A DNA stretch of 53,267 nucleotides, counting the filler, from Circinaria calcarea (taxonomy: Eukaryota): NCBI GenBank assembly GCA_051942165.1. It is 3 parts of 3 records of this genome, joined end to end, with 100 filler letters (N's around TTAATTAATTAA, not from the genome) between each part and the next. Parts side by side here need not be neighbours in the genome. Positions count along the whole stretch, not along the records: positions 35,584 to 53,267 come from JAVECS010000261.1; 2 more parts are not named here. The stretch is one strand, 5' to 3'. Position numbers and translations under genes: made by a program. Numbering within the stretch: the first letter of the stretch is position 1; every line of letters begins with the position of its first letter. This document shows, piece by piece, positions 49,211 to 53,267 of this stretch. The notes below the pieces were generated by a model. The model was given only the letters and a program-made list of their open reading frames with translations. It was not told the origin of the DNA and searched no databases.

Positions 49211-49743
49211 ATTCCACAATACAGAAGCAGCCGTAGCTCTTGAGCGTCCCGGGGGGTCGGGGGGTTCATGGGGCTTTATATGCAAAAGATGTGAATATCC
49301 GGTGTTCGGTCTAAAAATCCCGGGTTCCCGGGAAAGGTATTGGTGTTCTCCGTACTGATGTGTGCCGCGTGGGGAGTGAGGGCATTGGAGATCGGTTTTG
49401 ACGGTTTGTGAAACTTTGTGGGTAAGAAATGGGCAAGGGAATCCCCCCGGGGGGGGGAAGGATTGGTTTGATTTGGGGAAGAGGGGGAGTTTTTTTTGGA
49501 TTTAAGGCGGAAGAATAGGATTTTCTGACCGGGGGAGTGGAGCTGTGTGGTTTTTCATGGGTTGAAGACCGAAGGTAGTTTTTGCTGGTAGGGATGCTGG
49601 GGTTAGGAACGGGGGGGTTGGAACTCTTAGCTCAAGTAAACATGAAGAACACCGACGGTCTGGATTGAAGGTAAATCGACCTAGGTGTGATGCAGAGTTT
49701 CGAAACGTTACATACTTCAAACGCCGAACATGGGGTGTCTATC

Positions 49744-50856
49744 TCATGGTACGTTGAACCACTCATCTCCCAGAAGCTCTTCTGCTGTAGGCCTATCTCG
49801 TGGGTCGAGCTTCATGATCTTACAGATGAACTCTCGGTCTTCTTTTGTAAGCTCTGGATCTTCAGCCGTAGAGAAAGGTTTCCGCGGTTCGTTCGCCTCG
49901 AGATAGTTCATGGCAAAGGTGAGAATACTCAGTCTTTCTTCATCCGCAATCTCCTGGTAGCTCAGTGGAAACGGCCCAAAGAAATTGGCTTGTTTCAGTA
50001 GCACATGGTACGGGTAGGCTTCGTCGTCTGGTTTTAAGTTTTTAGGTTTAAAGATATGAAAGCTTTCTCCCCAGATCAAGCTTATCAGCTACGCGGAAAA
50101 GGTCAGTAGGCACAAACAGTAGGCATGGATCATTGGGCGAGTATCTAGTCACTTACAGTGGCGCCGAAGGACCAAATGTCGGTAGGAGTCCCCCACCTCA
50201 GGTTGAGCATTGCTTCCGGGCTACGGAAGATTGCTGCCCCAATTATGTGTCCATCTTCATTAGGGTCTCCGTTCGGATCTACACGAAAAGTATCCCCACA
50301 GTCACCTAGCTCTACTTCACTGAATCGATTAGGCTCGGTGCCATAATTGACGAGTATGTTATCCGGTTTAACATCTGTAATGAACTCGGCATTAGTATTG
50401 ATACGAGCATAAATTGACAGAACTATGGGCCGGACCTGTATGAACATATCCACACTCGTGAAACACTTTCAAAGCCTTAAGAACACTCTTGGCAACGACT
50501 TTGACATCTTTCCTCTCCAACTTTTTCGAATTCGATGCATTCAACAGGTTGTCATCAAGGTGTTTCAGCACCAGAGATGGCGGATCCTGGATCTCATCGA
50601 CTAGTTGACGAATGTATGGCTTGCCACGGAAAGTTTTGAGGACCTCACGTTCGTTGTTCAAGCGATGCTGTGGAGCAGTTTTGACGATGACGGTCTTATT
50701 TCCTATACCACTAAAGTGTGTCAAAAAACACAAAGATCCTAATAACGGGGGATTATCTCACACTGCAGTCCAAACCTCTCGATGAAGTTTCTCAGATATC
50801 CTATAAGTTCCAAGTTTGCCTTGAAGATTTTGGCCAATACTTAATTTACTAGTCAT
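49744..50856 (-). CDS. Ser/Thr protein kinase, divergent CMGC/SRPK-like fungal family, 3 introns (alternative in-frame ATG at 50877)
   Basis: MTSKLSIGQNLQGKLGTYRISEKL; VIVK; HT|DVKPDNILV; ELGDCG (DFG position); FRSPEA; TDIWSFG; MKLDPRDRPTAEELLGDEWF. Confidence 0.87.
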
Positions 50857-51234
50857 ATCTAGCAGTTTCTGTCGCATAACTAGGGCAGCGTTTATGAGAA
50901 ACGAAAGAGAAATTGAATTACAATCATGATTTCACGTGTTAAAAAGTAGCCGTCGCTTACTCCAGCTGAAATTTAATTGCTATTAATAAAATCGCTAGCT
51001 GTTATTTATTCCCGTAAGCTATCTCGCGAGCTGTTGCCTGTTTTCGCGAAGGGTTGCCTATTTTCCTATTGATACTATTTAATTCATATCTTAATATATA
51101 ATTCACTGACCCTTCATTTTCATTGATTTCCCACGGATTTTCAATCCTTTTAGCTGTACTTTACCATCCATTTTAAAGCGAATATATTCCATTAACCTGC
51201 CGGTTCGATTTCAAGTTACAAGCCCACTCCAAAA

Positions 51235-51597
51235 ATGGCCACCAATCGAATCTTACAAAGCAAGACTTTCATGACCGTTATGAAAAGCGGTAAGGAAGTG
51301 ATTCTCGCAGCCGCGACCGAGACACAAAACTGGAAGAGACCCGAGTCGATCGCTGATGCACTCGCCCCTGGCTTCCGAAAGGCCGTCGAGAAACGTAAAG
51401 CACCACTCCCTGATGGCACCGCGAAACTCATCGTCCGGTTAGTATCAACCCGACCATAAATAAGGACAAATACTAACTGCTAGCGTAGAGAGGGTGAACA
51501 CTCTAGTGATAATGATACGAAGGATCATTACACTGCAGTTTGTGTGGATTCAAACGGAAATTACATTTCCACTGAGCATTTTCCCATCAATGAGTAG
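51235..51597 (+). CDS. Small hypothetical protein (~100 aa), intron ~51438-51488
   Basis: AAAAATGG start. Donor gttagt, branch tactaac and acceptor tag give ...KLIVR|EGEHSSDNDTKDHYTAVCVDSNGNYISTEHFPINE*. Confidence 0.7.
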
Positions 51598-51832
51598 AGG
51601 GGAATGGACCACCAGGTAGTAGTGAGCCAGATTGCGGGGTTTGGTGGAGCCTGTCTGTGCGAGAGCTCCTGCTTTTTGTCCACATCCTTGGATATGGTCC
51701 TTCGTGCAGATAGAAAATGCGCCATAGCATAAACAAGTGAACACTCTTCCCATGCTACATTTCGCTTTCGACCTCACACACTGGGATGCGTTTTATATTT
51801 TGATAGGCTAAGACGCTCGAACCCATACCAGA

Positions 51833-52598
51833 TTACTGAATCTCACTACTCTTCACGACGGTGCCGAATGCATCCGCAAGTTCCAAAAGTACGACCTGCA
51901 AAACTCATCAACACCCTCATATGGTGGAATTTTTCGTTACGGCTCACCTTGGTAAGCTCTTCTCCACCAATGCCCGGAATGTCTCTATCACCAATGGCAT
52001 CCCCCGCCAGAACCACATCGTACCCCAGTTCACTTGCCTGCCTAGCTGTGGTGGAGACACATACATGCGCCTGAGGACGTCAGTACCCGAAAGACGATTT
52101 GGTGTACGTGTAGTTGTACCATATAGCCAGTTAACACCACCTTCTTGATCCCCTCTCTTTGCAGAAATTCGTGAAGATCTGTGTCTTTGAAGGACCCCGG
52201 GTGGCGTTTTTCGATTACCTTCCTCGGTTCAGCATGCCGGATAAACCCTTTCGTCCTCCACGCCTCGATTGGCCAAAAGACCTCCTGCAACTCACCTTCT
52301 CTCCCTGCTGAACCTCCAGCTCCTCAAACTCCTTCCCCACCTCCTTCCCAGTCGTAAACACCGGGGCCTCCTCCGATGTTTTATGTACCACATGGATGAT
52401 CTTTCCTCCTGCACCTCTATATCTTTCCAACAATTCTGCGATAGCCTTTCTCGTGCTAGACACATTGGCGGTCGTCAGCAGGCCAGTTGCATACTCATTC
52501 TGGGCATCGATGATTATAAGGGCGCAGGTAGGATCAGACGGGGAGGCGGTTGACGGGGAGACGCCGATGAGCTGGCGGAAAGATTTCGGGGAAGTCAT
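51833..52598 (-). CDS. Isochorismatase-family cysteine hydrolase, 3 introns
   Basis: [68 protein letters not shown]; ends [15 protein letters not shown]. Confidence 0.9.
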
Positions 52599-53267
52599 TG
52601 TGTTGGGGCGAATTGAATCGAGGTGTAGTAAAGGAAAGGCGAGGGTTAGGATATCGTCGGGTATATGGTGTCTTCTATGGCTAGTGGCATTTTCCGCATG
52701 GGCTATCAGACTTGAATGAAGAAACAGTTGATGCGGGGTCCCATTCGAGCGAAAAGAGAGGCAATTCACCCTTCTCGCACCACCCGAACCACACAGCCAT
52801 GGGCAAGTATAGTTAAGGGTGCGTGGGAATAAAATATTCTACAATTTAGGGACGGGTGGGCGTAACAGAAAATGAGGGGGCGTGGAAGTAGGGAAAAGGT
52901 GAGTGGGAGTAATGAATAGCATCTTCGGGGTGCGTGGCAGATATTCAGCGTAAAGAGAGATAGAATTCAGCAACTCTATTACTATTTTGCATGGTGCAGC
53001 CCTCCCGTTAATCATCATCGTATTATATTATTTAAGTACGTTATGTTCTTGATGGTTCAGCAAATGTATGGGAGATAGCTAATTCAAGATATCAAACAGC
53101 TTTTATTGGATCAGCTATGGTAACAAAACGCTAACCTTCTTCAAGGCCCTTGGCGTACCCCGCGGCATATCCTTTTTCGTATACCGCCTGGAATTTCTCT
53201 TTATTAGTTTTTTTCTTCTTTTTTTCACCGGGGGCGTCCCCCCCCCCAACATTCCCCTTATTCTTCC

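Overview
Intron-rich filamentous ascomycete (Pezizomycotina) nuclear DNA; a lichen-forming or similar lineage is my guess. It consists of three contigs joined by two artificial 100-bp spacers (N44-TTAATTAATTAA-N44 at 17698-17797 and 35484-35583). The left ~30 kb is mostly housekeeping: PIL1, CAC2, a GPI-anchored GH13 amylase/glucanotransferase, RPS11, SPC105, tRNA-Tyr, complex I 51-kDa subunit (cut by a gap), NUP98-96, a CsgA-like SDR and centrin CDC31. The right ~23 kb is accessory-like. Its most striking element is a compact three-gene module at 30.5-34.7 kb: a caspase-like His/Cys protease divergent from a small SH3/Tudor-like protein and a DUF6594-like 3-TM protein, with a 17-bp minisatellite, a 43-bp palindrome and flanking pyrimidine-rich repeats. 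This could be a protease-activated membrane-effector (cell death/non-self) system. Also present: an APH-like phosphotransferase, a methionine-type permease, a mosaic of decayed gene fragments, a secreted protein with four chaplin-like VPI-x-VC-x8-C repeats, a divergent CMGC-like kinase, a small His-motif protein and an isochorismatase. Family assignments come from motif recognition only; no searches were run.
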